A stretch of 57,156 nucleotides of DNA, from NCBI GenBank assembly GCA_048940645.1, contig JBHLOI010000018.1, positions 1 through 57,156 of the forward strand, written 5' to 3'. The translations under genes and the position numbers were made by a program. The stretch comes from Promethearchaeota archaeon. Its GTDB lineage: Archaea; Asgardarchaeota; Lokiarchaeia; Sigyniarchaeales; SOKP01. Positions 38,385 to 48,500 of the stretch are shown piece after piece. The notes beneath the pieces are model-generated. The model was not told the DNA's origin. It ran no database searches and saw nothing but the letters and a program-made list of their open reading frames with translations. Every line of letters starts with the position of its first letter. The first letter of the stretch is position 1.

Positions 38385-39956
38385 TTGAAAATTAAGACAG
38401 ATATTTTATTAGTCGGAGGAGGTATCTCCGGATTATCATTGGCAATTAAACTAGCGAAATTAATACCAGATCAAGATATACTTTTAATTACTAAGGAGAA
38501 CCTCAGAGAATCTAATACATTTTATGCTCAAGGAGGTATTGCTTGTGTGTGGAATGGAAATGATAGTTTTGAAAACCATATTAAAGATACCTTAATTGCA
38601 GGAGATGGATTATGCAATGAACTGGTTGTTAAAAAAATTATAACGCAAGCCCCAGAAAGGATAAAAGAGTTAATTGATTTAGGAGTTGAGTTTAACCGGG
38701 GTGAGAATGGTGAATACGATCTGGGAAAAGAAGGGGGTCATTCTGAAAGAAGAATCTTACACGTCAATGATTTAACAGGCCAAAATGTAGAAAAGAAACT
38801 GATTGAAGAAGTGAAAAAACACCCTAATATTCAAATAAAGGAATATTGGTGTGCAATTAATTTATTTTCAGCTAATTTTAGGTGTGATGGAGCTTATGTT
38901 TTAGATCAAGAAAATGATGAGATCCATAATATAGCAGCTAAAATAACTGTGTTGGCGACTGGCGGAGCGGGGAAAATTTATCTTTATACTACAAATCCAG
39001 ACGTGGCGTCAGGAGATGGGATTGCTATGGCTTACCGAGCAGGAGCTATAATTGCAAATATGGAATTTTATCAATTTCATCCAACATGCTTATACCATCC
39101 ATATGCAAAATCAATTTTAATCACCGAAGCCATGAGAGGAGAGGGAGCTATTCTTAAAGACATAAACGGACATCAGTTCATGCAAGAATATCATCCCGCT
39201 AAAGAATTAGCTCCACGGGATATTGTGTCTAGAGCAATTGATGCTGAACTTAAAAAATCAGGAGATGATTATGTATATCTAGATATAGCCTCATATAGGA
39301 GTTCAGCTTTTATTAGAAGTCACTTTCCAGGAGTTTATGAAGCCTGTCAAAATTTTAACATAGATATAACTAATGAACCGATTCCTGTTGTTCCAGCAGC
39401 GCATTATTGTTGTGGAGGTGTATTAACAAAAATTGATGGATCTACCAAAGTGAAAAACTTATATGTAATTGGAGAATCTACTTGTACAGGATTACATGGT
39501 GCAAATCGATTAGCTAGTAATTCTCTATTAGAAGGTTTAGTTTGTGCCCATGAATGTGCAAATACCCTTGCAAATAAATTGGGAGATTTAAAGATAAGAG
39601 AATTTAAAGAATGGGAGCCAGGTAGTGCAGTACCCTCAACCGAAGCAGTTATTATATCCCAAAATTGGGATGAAATCAGAAGATTTATGTGGAATTATGT
39701 TGGAATTGTTAGAACCGATTTAAGGCTTCAAAGAGCAAAGAAGAGAATTAACCTTTTGCTTGATGAAATAAACCAATATTATTGGGATTTTAAAATTGAA
39801 AAAAATCTTGTTGAATTAAGAAATTTAGCTACAGTAGCAAAATTGATAATAGTAAGTGCTATTTCAAGAAAAGAGAGTCGAGGAATTCATTATAACCTGG
39901 ATTATCCTGAGAAATCTACCATGAGTAGGCCAACTACTCTTAGAAGACCTTGGTAA
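38385..39956 (+). CDS. nadB: L-aspartate oxidase
   Basis: SNTFYAQGGIA, EGGHSERRILH, QFHPT, LHGANRLASNSLLEG, ESRGIHY. Confidence 0.96.
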   Translation: MKIKTDILLVGGGISGLSLAIKLAKLIPDQDILLITKENLRESNTFYAQGGIACVWNGNDSFENHIKDTLIAGDGLCNELVVKKIITQAPERIKELIDLGVEFNRGENGEYDLGKEGGHSERRILHVNDLTGQNVEKKLIEEVKKHPNIQIKEYWCAINLFSANFRCDGAYVLDQENDEIHNIAAKITVLATGGAGKIYLYTTNPDVASGDGIAMAYRAGAIIANMEFYQFHPTCLYHPYAKSILITEAMRGEGAILKDINGHQFMQEYHPAKELAPRDIVSRAIDAELKKSGDDYVYLDIASYRSSAFIRSHFPGVYEACQNFNIDITNEPIPVVPAAHYCCGGVLTKIDGSTKVKNLYVIGESTCTGLHGANRLASNSLLEGLVCAHECANTLANKLGDLKIREFKEWEPGSAVPSTEAVIISQNWDEIRRFMWNYVGIVRTDLRLQRAKKRINLLLDEINQYYWDFKIEKNLVELRNLATVAKLIIVSAISRKESRGIHYNLDYPEKSTMSRPTTLRRPW

Positions 39957-40119
39957 TCTTTTTATCTCAAATCCAATCCCTTGAGATTCTTATTCAATTT
40001 TTTCCAAAATTGTAATAAAAGTAAATAAATTCAAAAAGAGTAGTTAGTTTTAAGTTATTAATCACTATTAAATAATTCCAATAAGCTTAATTTATTTAAT
40101 ATTCATTTTATTCAAATTT

Positions 40120-41631
40120 TTGGTATTTCTCTTGAAAAACTACAATGTAATTCTAATTCATCCACCTAGAAGCGTACAGCCAAATTTTGGTAAAAACGCT
40201 AAATTCAGGCGTGGTCGATATATCTTTATTCCGATGGGTGTTTTTGCTATTGCTGATATTCTTGAAAGAGAGGGTTTTGGGGTTAAAATTATAAATTATC
40301 CTTTAGAACAATATCTAAACCATAATTGGATTATAACTAATTTTCTCAAAAATACTGATATTGATGTATGTGGAATAGATTTACATTGGATACATAACGC
40401 CTATGGCGCTATAGAAGTTGCCAGAATCATAAAAGAGATAAATCCTAATTCTAAAGTGATCTTTGGAGGTAATACTGCTTCATATTACCATCATCAAATA
40501 TTAAAATATTATAATGAAATTGATGGTGTAATTAGAGGAGAAGGTGAAATCCCCCTACTAAAATATGTTCAGAGTATTGTTAAAAATCATTCTTTAGATT
40601 CCGTTCCAAATTTAACTTATCGTGATTCTTCTAAACATATAAAAATCAATTCTCTATCGTATACTGCAAAAACATTAGATGATTTAAATTTTACAAATGT
40701 ATCACTCCTAGAAAATGCAAAATCTTATTTTGAATGTAGTAGAAAACTTATGGGCATATCTTTTAATCTTTCCATTGGAAGGGGTTGTCCATTTAATTGC
40801 CCATTTTGTGGAGGAGGTCAGAGAGCTCAACAAAAGTTCGCAGGACGTAATGAAGTGATTCTAAGAAGCCCTGAAAAAGTAATAGAAGATATTAACAAAA
40901 TAAAAGACAATTATAGAATTCAAAGTGTTTTTTTTGGACATGGCAGTTATCCTGCTAATTTAAAATATTGGGAAAATTTATTTGGGTTAATTAAAAAAGA
41001 GAAGCTTGATATAGGTGCAGACTTGGAAATATGGCGTTTACCATTTCCTAAAAAGATGTGGAAAATGTTTCATGACACTTTTCCTAGAAGATTTTCTTCA
41101 ATAAGCGTCTCTCCTCGAACTATGTCTGAAAAAGTTCATTCCAAAATAACTGAAAAATGTGATCCAACCTTTAAATTTTCAAGAGCTCAAATTAACGATT
41201 TAATAAGGAATGCGAATCTCTTTAGGAGGACATTGAGAATATGGTTAACGCTCGGTTTTCCGTTTCAAACCCGCCTTGATGTTTTGAAAGATTTTCTTTT
41301 TATGATGAAGTGTGCATTAAAATATGGAACGACTAAATCCAAACCGATTACAATCATGAATGAATTATATCACATTTTTCCTGGGTCACCTGCGCATGAA
41401 TCGCCAGAAGATTATGCAGTAAAATTAAAATACAAATCTTTTCCCGAGATTGCTGAAGTTTTTAAAAGATCTAAAATATCATACTTTTACAGTGTGATAA
41501 ATTATGACTCAAAAGCCTTTTCTGCTTCTTCAATACGGATAATAAATACACTTTCATTTTTAAGTACTGTAAACATGCTGTTAACTACTGGCTCAAAACA
41601 ACCTGAAGTGGAAGGCAGAAGAAATAAATAA
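40120..41631 (+). CDS. B12-binding domain radical SAM protein (Ta0216/TIGR04190-like)
   Basis: IPMGVFAIAD, GIDLHW, RGEGE, GRGCPFNCPFC. Confidence 0.88.
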   Translation: MVFLLKNYNVILIHPPRSVQPNFGKNAKFRRGRYIFIPMGVFAIADILEREGFGVKIINYPLEQYLNHNWIITNFLKNTDIDVCGIDLHWIHNAYGAIEVARIIKEINPNSKVIFGGNTASYYHHQILKYYNEIDGVIRGEGEIPLLKYVQSIVKNHSLDSVPNLTYRDSSKHIKINSLSYTAKTLDDLNFTNVSLLENAKSYFECSRKLMGISFNLSIGRGCPFNCPFCGGGQRAQQKFAGRNEVILRSPEKVIEDINKIKDNYRIQSVFFGHGSYPANLKYWENLFGLIKKEKLDIGADLEIWRLPFPKKMWKMFHDTFPRRFSSISVSPRTMSEKVHSKITEKCDPTFKFSRAQINDLIRNANLFRRTLRIWLTLGFPFQTRLDVLKDFLFMMKCALKYGTTKSKPITIMNELYHIFPGSPAHESPEDYAVKLKYKSFPEIAEVFKRSKISYFYSVINYDSKAFSASSIRIINTLSFLSTVNMLLTTGSKQPEVEGRRNK

Positions 41632-41750
41632 CACTTAATGCTTTTACTTATTTGTAAAACCTCATTGCATTTAATTAAATTTTTAATTGATGGTTGTGTT
41701 TAGTTTTACTATTAAAGAAAATTTATTCGATATTGACTAATTGAAATTAT

Positions 41751-42542
41751 ATGAATATGCATTATTGTAAAAAAAAACCTAAAAATATAAGATCATTTAG
41801 CATATTATTCTTCATTTTTTCATGTTTACCAATTGCTTTCATTTTTATTCTTTTAAGATTTATCCCAAAAGCACTACCTTTAATGGAGGCTTATATTAAT
41901 TCTGGTTCTTCTTTTTTCGTTCCTATTATACCTAATATCAATTTATTACCTGAAAAAGGTCAATTAATTGGATTAACTCTCGGTCAATTGATTGATATTA
42001 TCATAATGGTTAATTTACTTGGTTTTATTGAAAGTAGTATATACCATTTTTTCAAAAAGAAATTCTCTATTGAACAATTTTCAGAAATTAGTTTAACCTT
42101 AAATTGGCTCACAACAGAGGAAGAACTTTTTTTATCATCTCAAGAACAAGATGATTTGTTTGGATTAGAGGTTAATTTACTTTTTTTAAATAATTGTTTT
42201 AATAAAGATTTTGTAAAAACTTTCAATATTTATCAGAAAGACCTACTATTCTATTACTTGCATGCTCTTGAACAAGATAGAAAATTTAAGAATGATAAGA
42301 GATTCTATACGAAATCCAAATTTATATCTTATTATTATAACAAAAACCGTGTTTCTTCTTTATTTACTCTTTTTAAATTAAAAAATCCTTATCTTAAGAA
42401 TATAAATCCCCTCCTTATTTGTAATTTTCCAACTATTTTTAATGAAAGTATAAGAGGAGAGGAATTATTAATTATGCATTTAAAATTCAAAATTAAATCT
42501 ATGTTAAATCCTAAGTTAATTATTTCAAGAAAAAGTGAATAA
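41751..42542 (+). CDS. hypothetical membrane protein, very AT-rich
   Basis: 263-codon ORF with 2 hydrophobic segments; no family recognised. Confidence 0.45.
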   Translation: MNMHYCKKKPKNIRSFSILFFIFSCLPIAFIFILLRFIPKALPLMEAYINSGSSFFVPIIPNINLLPEKGQLIGLTLGQLIDIIIMVNLLGFIESSIYHFFKKKFSIEQFSEISLTLNWLTTEEELFLSSQEQDDLFGLEVNLLFLNNCFNKDFVKTFNIYQKDLLFYYLHALEQDRKFKNDKRFYTKSKFISYYYNKNRVSSLFTLFKLKNPYLKNINPLLICNFPTIFNESIRGEELLIMHLKFKIKSMLNPKLIISRKSE

Positions 42543-42543
42543 T

Positions 42544-43902
42544 ATGGAATGGAATAAAGATATAAAAGAACTATATGGATTGATTACTGAACAAGTTCCT
42601 GAAGCATTTCGTGCATCAGTCAAACCTATGTTGCTTGAAGCTGCTGAAAGAGCAGCACGCCTTAGGAATTCTGGATTTGTAAGTAGGGATGATTTGTTAT
42701 CCGCACTATTTGAGATAACACCTGAAGCATTTAAACCAACAGTAGTTGCGGATTTGAAAAAAATAGGAATAGAATCAGATAGATATGTAAAATTATCAGA
42801 AATTAGGAAAGAATATGCTCGTACTTGGGATGAAATTGGTGGAGCATTTTTACCTGGTGTTTATCATTTTACTATGTATCTAACTGATCGATGCAACCAA
42901 AAATGTATTCATTGTGCTGCTGAGGTTATGGAAAATCGTCCAGAATTATCAACAGATCAATGGATTCGGATTATTGAAAATATTGAACAAACTTTAAGAA
43001 ATCAGGGTCGCAGAGGTTGTTATATTTGGTTTGGTGGAGAACCTACCCTTCGTAAAGATCTTAAAGATTTGATTAAATATTGTGGTGAAAAAGGCTATTA
43101 CCAAGCAATTTCTACAAATGGTATGCTATTCGATGAAGAACTTGCGAGAATATGCGCTGATGCCAAGATGAGTCACGTCTTTATTAGCTATGATAGTGTT
43201 TATCCACAAAGAGCTGCAAAGATAAGGGGTGTATCAAATGCATATGAGGCGGCTGAAAATGCTATTAAATTAGCTTTAAAGTATGGTCATTTTGTTATAT
43301 GTACGGAAACGGTTCAAAAAGAGAATCTTGATGAAATTGAAAAAATAAAAGAGAGATTAGAATCTATGGGAGTTATACCATATTTTAGGGCAATTATAAA
43401 ACAGAGAACTGCTGAAATAAACTGGGATGAAATTGGGTTAGATCATGATGAATATATAAAGTTTTATGAATTCAAATACAAGCAAGTCGTTCATGCTATT
43501 AGAAAAGGAGAAGCTTCATCTCTCAATAAATTCTATACTTATGACATGGTACCTTTCATGGAATGTCCTCTTAATGATGAGGAGCGAACTGCATTAGAGT
43601 GGGGAGTGGGTTGTCAAGCATGTCGCTCAGTTTCGGGTATTGATGTTAATGGAGATTTCTTCCCCTGTGATTATCCATCTACATTGATTCTGGGTAATGT
43701 ATTAGAGCAACCCTTTGAGGAGATTATGGAATCGGAAATGTTTAAATCAATCAGGGACAGAAAAATAAAAGGTAAGTGTGCTACTTGTCATCATCTAGAA
43801 TTATGCGGGGGAGGTTGTAGGGTTCATGCTGAAAATGAAACAGGTGACTTTTTGGCTCCATTCCCTTTCTGCTGGCATGATAATAATCATGAACATGAAT
43901 GA
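42544..43902 (+). CDS. radical SAM/SPASM protein with N-terminal DUF2621/PCP_red-like helical module
   Basis: CNQKCIHC, FGGEP, GCQAC...FFPCD and KCATCHHLELCGGGCR SPASM cysteines. Confidence 0.9.
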   Translation: MEWNKDIKELYGLITEQVPEAFRASVKPMLLEAAERAARLRNSGFVSRDDLLSALFEITPEAFKPTVVADLKKIGIESDRYVKLSEIRKEYARTWDEIGGAFLPGVYHFTMYLTDRCNQKCIHCAAEVMENRPELSTDQWIRIIENIEQTLRNQGRRGCYIWFGGEPTLRKDLKDLIKYCGEKGYYQAISTNGMLFDEELARICADAKMSHVFISYDSVYPQRAAKIRGVSNAYEAAENAIKLALKYGHFVICTETVQKENLDEIEKIKERLESMGVIPYFRAIIKQRTAEINWDEIGLDHDEYIKFYEFKYKQVVHAIRKGEASSLNKFYTYDMVPFMECPLNDEERTALEWGVGCQACRSVSGIDVNGDFFPCDYPSTLILGNVLEQPFEEIMESEMFKSIRDRKIKGKCATCHHLELCGGGCRVHAENETGDFLAPFPFCWHDNNHEHE

Positions 43903-43923
43903 TGTATTTAAAAGTGAAGCTTT

Positions 43924-45327
43924 ATGGAGTGGGAAAAAGAGACTCAAATTCTATTCGATAGAATAGTAGAACAAATGCCTCAGGGATTTAGGCCTTCTGT
44001 TGAACCGTTAATAGTAGAAGCGGCAGAAAAAAGGTGCCTTGAACGAAATGGCGCTTACATTAATGATGCGGATGTAATCATGGGGATTTTTGATATTATC
44101 CCTGAAGCATTTAAATCTGTAATGGTTGAAGATCTGACAACGTTAGGAATTGATGTTGAGCGATATATTGAACTTAAAGATATAAAAGATCGACTTAAAG
44201 TCTCTTGGGAAAAATTAGAAAGAGGATTTCATCCCGGAAATATTCATTTTGCTATGTATCTTACGGATAAATGCAACCAAAAATGTATACACTGTGCTGC
44301 TGACGATCTCGTGCCACGTACAGAACTAACTACAGAACAATGGTGCCAGATAATCGAAAATGTTGAAACTGGATTGAGAAAACAAGGAAGACATGCATGT
44401 TTCGTGTGGTTTGGGGGAGAACCTACTTTGCGTAAAGATATAGGTGAAATCATGAAATTTTGCAAAGAAAAAGATTACATTCATGCTCTTATTACCAACG
44501 GTGTGAGATTTGACGAACCGTTCGTTAAAATGTGTAAGGAAAACAATATTAGTCATATATTCGTAAGTTTTGACAGTGCAGACCCAAAGAAAAACGATCA
44601 AATTCGTGGGTTCCCGAATTCCTTAGATTATGCTAAAAAAGCTATAGATCTCTGTTTAAAAAGTGGAATTTTTGTGTGTTCATCAATCACTGTCATGAAA
44701 CAAAATATTGATGAGTTGGAAGAACTTAAAGAATTATCAGAAAAATGGGGTTCACAACCATATTTTAGATGTGTGGTCAAACAAAATCGAGCTGCTGAGT
44801 TTTGGGATGAAATAGGCCTTAATACGGAAGAATACAAAAAAATGTATGAATTTAAATACAAACATGCCGTTGAAACGATAAAAAAAGGTGAGGCAGGGAT
44901 ATTACCTGCTTATGAAATTTATGATATGGTACCCTTTATGGAACAACCTAAAGACGATAAGGAAATAGCGGCAATCGAATGGGGTGTAGGGTGTTTAGCT
45001 TGTAGGACGATGATGGGTATTGGCATAGATGGTACAATATACCCTGCAGGGTATCCCACTACATTGACGCTTGGAAACGCATTAAAGAATAATTTTGAAA
45101 ATGTGCTTAATTCTCAACTATACAAAGATATTCGCGATAGAAAAAAAATTAAAGGGAAATGCGCGACATGCCATCATCTTAAGTATTGTGGTGGTGGATG
45201 TCGTGTGACTGCAGAATATATCACAGGGGATTTTTTTGGTTCATTTCCTTTTTGCTGGCATGAAAATGATCATGAACATCAAGTTGATTTTGTTCAAAAG
45301 AAAGAGATAGAATTTTTCGAACAATAA
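43924..45327 (+). CDS. radical SAM/SPASM protein (paralogue) with the same N-terminal module
   Basis: CNQKCIHC, FGGEP, KCATCHHLKYCGGGCR; collinear with the preceding gene. Confidence 0.9.
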   Translation: MEWEKETQILFDRIVEQMPQGFRPSVEPLIVEAAEKRCLERNGAYINDADVIMGIFDIIPEAFKSVMVEDLTTLGIDVERYIELKDIKDRLKVSWEKLERGFHPGNIHFAMYLTDKCNQKCIHCAADDLVPRTELTTEQWCQIIENVETGLRKQGRHACFVWFGGEPTLRKDIGEIMKFCKEKDYIHALITNGVRFDEPFVKMCKENNISHIFVSFDSADPKKNDQIRGFPNSLDYAKKAIDLCLKSGIFVCSSITVMKQNIDELEELKELSEKWGSQPYFRCVVKQNRAAEFWDEIGLNTEEYKKMYEFKYKHAVETIKKGEAGILPAYEIYDMVPFMEQPKDDKEIAAIEWGVGCLACRTMMGIGIDGTIYPAGYPTTLTLGNALKNNFENVLNSQLYKDIRDRKKIKGKCATCHHLKYCGGGCRVTAEYITGDFFGSFPFCWHENDHEHQVDFVQKKEIEFFEQ

Positions 45328-45349
45328 TAGGTTTCTCTTAAGAATAAAC

Positions 45350-46774
45350 GTGAGAATAATGCGAGTGTTAATAATTTCTGGGAGTAGGGAGATAGTACAT
45401 GTTATGGTTCCGCCATTAGGAGAAGCATATTTGGGTTCCTATTTAATTAATCAAGGACATGATGTAAAGTTGCTTGATTTAACCTTAAGTAATGATTATA
45501 AACAAGATGTTTCAAAAGCAATATATGATTTCAATCCACAAGTAATTGGCATTTCAATTCGTAATATTGATTCAACTACATACCCTGGTAATCTTTTCTT
45601 TTATCTACCAGTTAAAAATATTATTCAATATATTAAACGACTTGTAGAACCAGATATTCCAATAATTTTAGGTGGGGCTGGTTTTTCTATTTTTTCTGAA
45701 GAAATTTTGAGGGATTTAAATCACGATTTGGGTGTTGTTGGCGATGGAGAATACGTATTTGCTGAGATACTAAAAAGAATTAGAAATAATGAAGACCCCA
45801 GAAATATTGAAAGGGGTATTTGTTTTTTGGACAATAAAGGCGAATACCATCAAAATCCACCATGGCGAGTTGAAAATTTAGATGAACTTCCTTTTCCAAT
45901 ACGGGATATTATGGATAATGATTCGTATCTTATAGATCCATTGAATAAATCTGGTCCAATTTGGGGAAATATTCAAACTAAAAGGGGCTGCCCTATGAAT
46001 TGCATTTATTGTAGCTATAGATTTATTGAAGGAACCAATGTACGTTATAGATCTCCAGAAAATGTTACGGAAGAGCTCGATTTAATAGTAAATAATTATG
46101 GAATTAAAAATGTGTTTATTGTAGATAGTATTGTCAATTTAAATTATGATCATTTAAAAGAAACATGCCAAGAGATTATTAATCATAAAATACATGTCAA
46201 TTGGGGAGCAAATTACGTTCCAAGTGAGAAATTTCTTGATTTAATGCCACTGATGAAAGAAAGTGGTGCTATACATTTCGCAACTGGTATTGAGTCATTA
46301 TCAGAGGAAATGCTAAAAAATATGAATAAAAATCGATCCCCAGATGAGGCGATCCTTACTTCTAAAAAGTGTATTGATCTTGAAATTGAACAATTAATCC
46401 ATATTATTGTTGGAGGTCCAGGGGAAACACTTGAAACAGTTCGAGCTTCATTAGACCAGTTAGAAACTATAGAGAGTTATAGAGGAAATTTATGGCAAGG
46501 AGATGGAGATGTAATCGTTTTTATAGGTATGAGAATTTATCCTCACACTCCTCTTCAGCGAATTGCAGAAGAAGAAGGAACTATTTTGAAGGGAGAAAAG
46601 TTACTTAAACCCAAATTTTATATCTCTCCAAAAATCAAAGAAGTAGATCTTTATCAAATAGTAAGAGAGTATGGTGAAGCAAATCCAAGATGGATGATGC
46701 CTGGACTTGGGTTCAACAATCCAGACGGGTTTGCTGAATTAAGTAATATTCAATTTGCAAAATATCAAAATTAA
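45350..46774 (+). CDS. B12-binding radical SAM protein, similar to the lipid-biosynthesis TIGR04072 type
   Basis: PPLG, GISIRNID, GGAGFS, TKRGCPMNCIYC, GGPGET, GMRIYPHT. Confidence 0.88.
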   Translation: MRIMRVLIISGSREIVHVMVPPLGEAYLGSYLINQGHDVKLLDLTLSNDYKQDVSKAIYDFNPQVIGISIRNIDSTTYPGNLFFYLPVKNIIQYIKRLVEPDIPIILGGAGFSIFSEEILRDLNHDLGVVGDGEYVFAEILKRIRNNEDPRNIERGICFLDNKGEYHQNPPWRVENLDELPFPIRDIMDNDSYLIDPLNKSGPIWGNIQTKRGCPMNCIYCSYRFIEGTNVRYRSPENVTEELDLIVNNYGIKNVFIVDSIVNLNYDHLKETCQEIINHKIHVNWGANYVPSEKFLDLMPLMKESGAIHFATGIESLSEEMLKNMNKNRSPDEAILTSKKCIDLEIEQLIHIIVGGPGETLETVRASLDQLETIESYRGNLWQGDGDVIVFIGMRIYPHTPLQRIAEEEGTILKGEKLLKPKFYISPKIKEVDLYQIVREYGEANPRWMMPGLGFNNPDGFAELSNIQFAKYQN

Positions 46775-46793
46775 AAAAAAAGGTATTAATAAG

Positions 46794-47966
46794 ATGGATT
46801 GGCAACAAGAAGTTAAAAAGCTTTATGAAGATATGGTCTTAAGAATTCCAGAAATGGTGAGACCTGTAATTAAGCCAGAACTTTTTAAAGCAGCTGAGCA
46901 AAAATGTGAGGAGCGAAATGGAAAACGGGTGGCTGAGATAGATCTTGTTGTGGCAATGTTTGAAGTCACACCACCAGCTTTTCAACCAACGATGATTGAG
47001 GATTTAAAAGCTTTGGGGGTTAATTATGACTTATATATGCCTAAAGTAAATTCTGATTTTAAACTTGAAAACGATCTTAATCAATTAGTTAATGATATTT
47101 TTAAGCTTGGTGAGATTACAGGTGTAAAATGTAATAGAGAAGCTATTTGGAAGACATTAAATTCTTACAAGGATTTTTTTTCCGGATCTTCTATTTCGAT
47201 TAGAACAACTACCAAACCCATTGAAGAGAGGGATATTTCTGCAAGATATGTTGAAATGATGATCCCCCATAATCCAGATCCTTATAAAACTGCAATAAGA
47301 AAAGGATTAATTAAAAAGAACGGGCATCCAATTCATAAAATGATATTAGAAGCATTTGATACTTTTAATATTATGGGTTATGGTATTGATTTGGATTCTA
47401 GATTTGGATTATCTAAGATATGGCCTTTTATAGTGCCAGGGCCTATAGATCCGCTTTTTTCAATGAATTATGTCCCTAAAAGTATGAAAAAATACGAGGA
47501 CTACTTTAAAAAACATGGATTGACAATATTTAGTCTTTTTGCTTTTGATTTCTTTAAGAATTCGACAAATATTTATTTCATGCTTAAAGATCCCTCTAAA
47601 AACAAAATTGCAGATTGTAAAGCACTTGTAAAAGATTTAGGTTTTACTTTAGCATCTGAAGAGATTATGGAAAAATGTTGCGATGCAGTACATCTCAATT
47701 ATACTTTTAGCTGGGATTCAGAAAAGATCGAGCGTATCTGCTTTGGTATGACTTGTCATGATAAAAAGGAAGTTCCAGTGCACTTCCATCCGTTAATAGA
47801 AGAATTCGTTGAAAATTCACTGTTCCAAAGTGAAATTCATAAGTTTATTTACGGAGTAACTTTCACACCAAAAGGGTTTTACTATAAGATTGAAAATGAT
47901 TATAATGGAACTATGGTAGATTTTCTATTAATGGGTTCTAGAGCAGGAATTGATTCCTATAAGTGA
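46794..47966 (+). CDS. ABBA-family aromatic prenyltransferase (NphB/Orf2/CloQ-like) with N-terminal helical module
   Basis: DPYKTAIRKGLIKKNGHPI, YGID...GLSKIW, FKKHGL, NIYF, WDSEKIERICF and IYGVTFTPKGFYYKI align by eye with NphB segments. Confidence 0.85.
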   Translation: MDWQQEVKKLYEDMVLRIPEMVRPVIKPELFKAAEQKCEERNGKRVAEIDLVVAMFEVTPPAFQPTMIEDLKALGVNYDLYMPKVNSDFKLENDLNQLVNDIFKLGEITGVKCNREAIWKTLNSYKDFFSGSSISIRTTTKPIEERDISARYVEMMIPHNPDPYKTAIRKGLIKKNGHPIHKMILEAFDTFNIMGYGIDLDSRFGLSKIWPFIVPGPIDPLFSMNYVPKSMKKYEDYFKKHGLTIFSLFAFDFFKNSTNIYFMLKDPSKNKIADCKALVKDLGFTLASEEIMEKCCDAVHLNYTFSWDSEKIERICFGMTCHDKKEVPVHFHPLIEEFVENSLFQSEIHKFIYGVTFTPKGFYYKIENDYNGTMVDFLLMGSRAGIDSYK

Positions 47967-48045
47967 TAAAGAAATCTTATCTTATGGTAAAACTATGTAA
48001 TCAAGTAATTATTAAAAATGAGAAAATAGAATGGAGGTAAAAAAA

Positions 48046-48432
48046 ATGAATACAAAAGAAGAATGGGCAGCGTATCTTACGCGTTTTATGAAAGCCTATA
48101 ATGAGTTACCAGATTTGAAACCGATGTTAGAGCCAATAGCACCATTGGTTTTTCAATATATAATAACTGATGACCTTGAGATGAGTTATTGGCAATTAAT
48201 CGAAAAGGATCGAATGGATTGGGGAATGGGTGAATACTCAGGACCTGATGCTCCGAAAATCATCCATAAAACGGATTTTGAAACTATCAAAAAAGTAAAT
48301 TCAGGGGAGTCCGATCCTATTAAAGCTACTATGGAGGGTACTTATGTTGTAGAAGGTGACGTTTCTAAACTTATGGCTTGTGCACCTTTATTACCACTGA
48401 ACGCAAAAGCTCACGCTGAAGCAGTAAAATGA
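48046..48432 (+). CDS. SCP2 sterol/lipid-carrier domain protein
   Basis: TDFETIKKVNSGESDPIKATMEGTYVVEGDVSKLM is the SCP2 C-terminal pattern; GGAGG Shine-Dalgarno before ATG 48046. Confidence 0.85.
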   Translation: MNTKEEWAAYLTRFMKAYNELPDLKPMLEPIAPLVFQYIITDDLEMSYWQLIEKDRMDWGMGEYSGPDAPKIIHKTDFETIKKVNSGESDPIKATMEGTYVVEGDVSKLMACAPLLPLNAKAHAEAVK

Positions 48433-48500
48433 TGAGTAGATGATAAAAATTAAATTAATTTGTTTTTTTTATTTTAAAGTTATTAATAAATAATAAAAAG

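Noticed and set aside
41632-45327. RiPP pathway suggested by the SPASM enzymes
   Set aside because: No precursor peptide seen nearby; the N-terminal module looks all-helical rather than PqqD/RRE-like; SCP2 and the prenyltransferase point to a lipophilic small molecule. A distant precursor cannot be excluded
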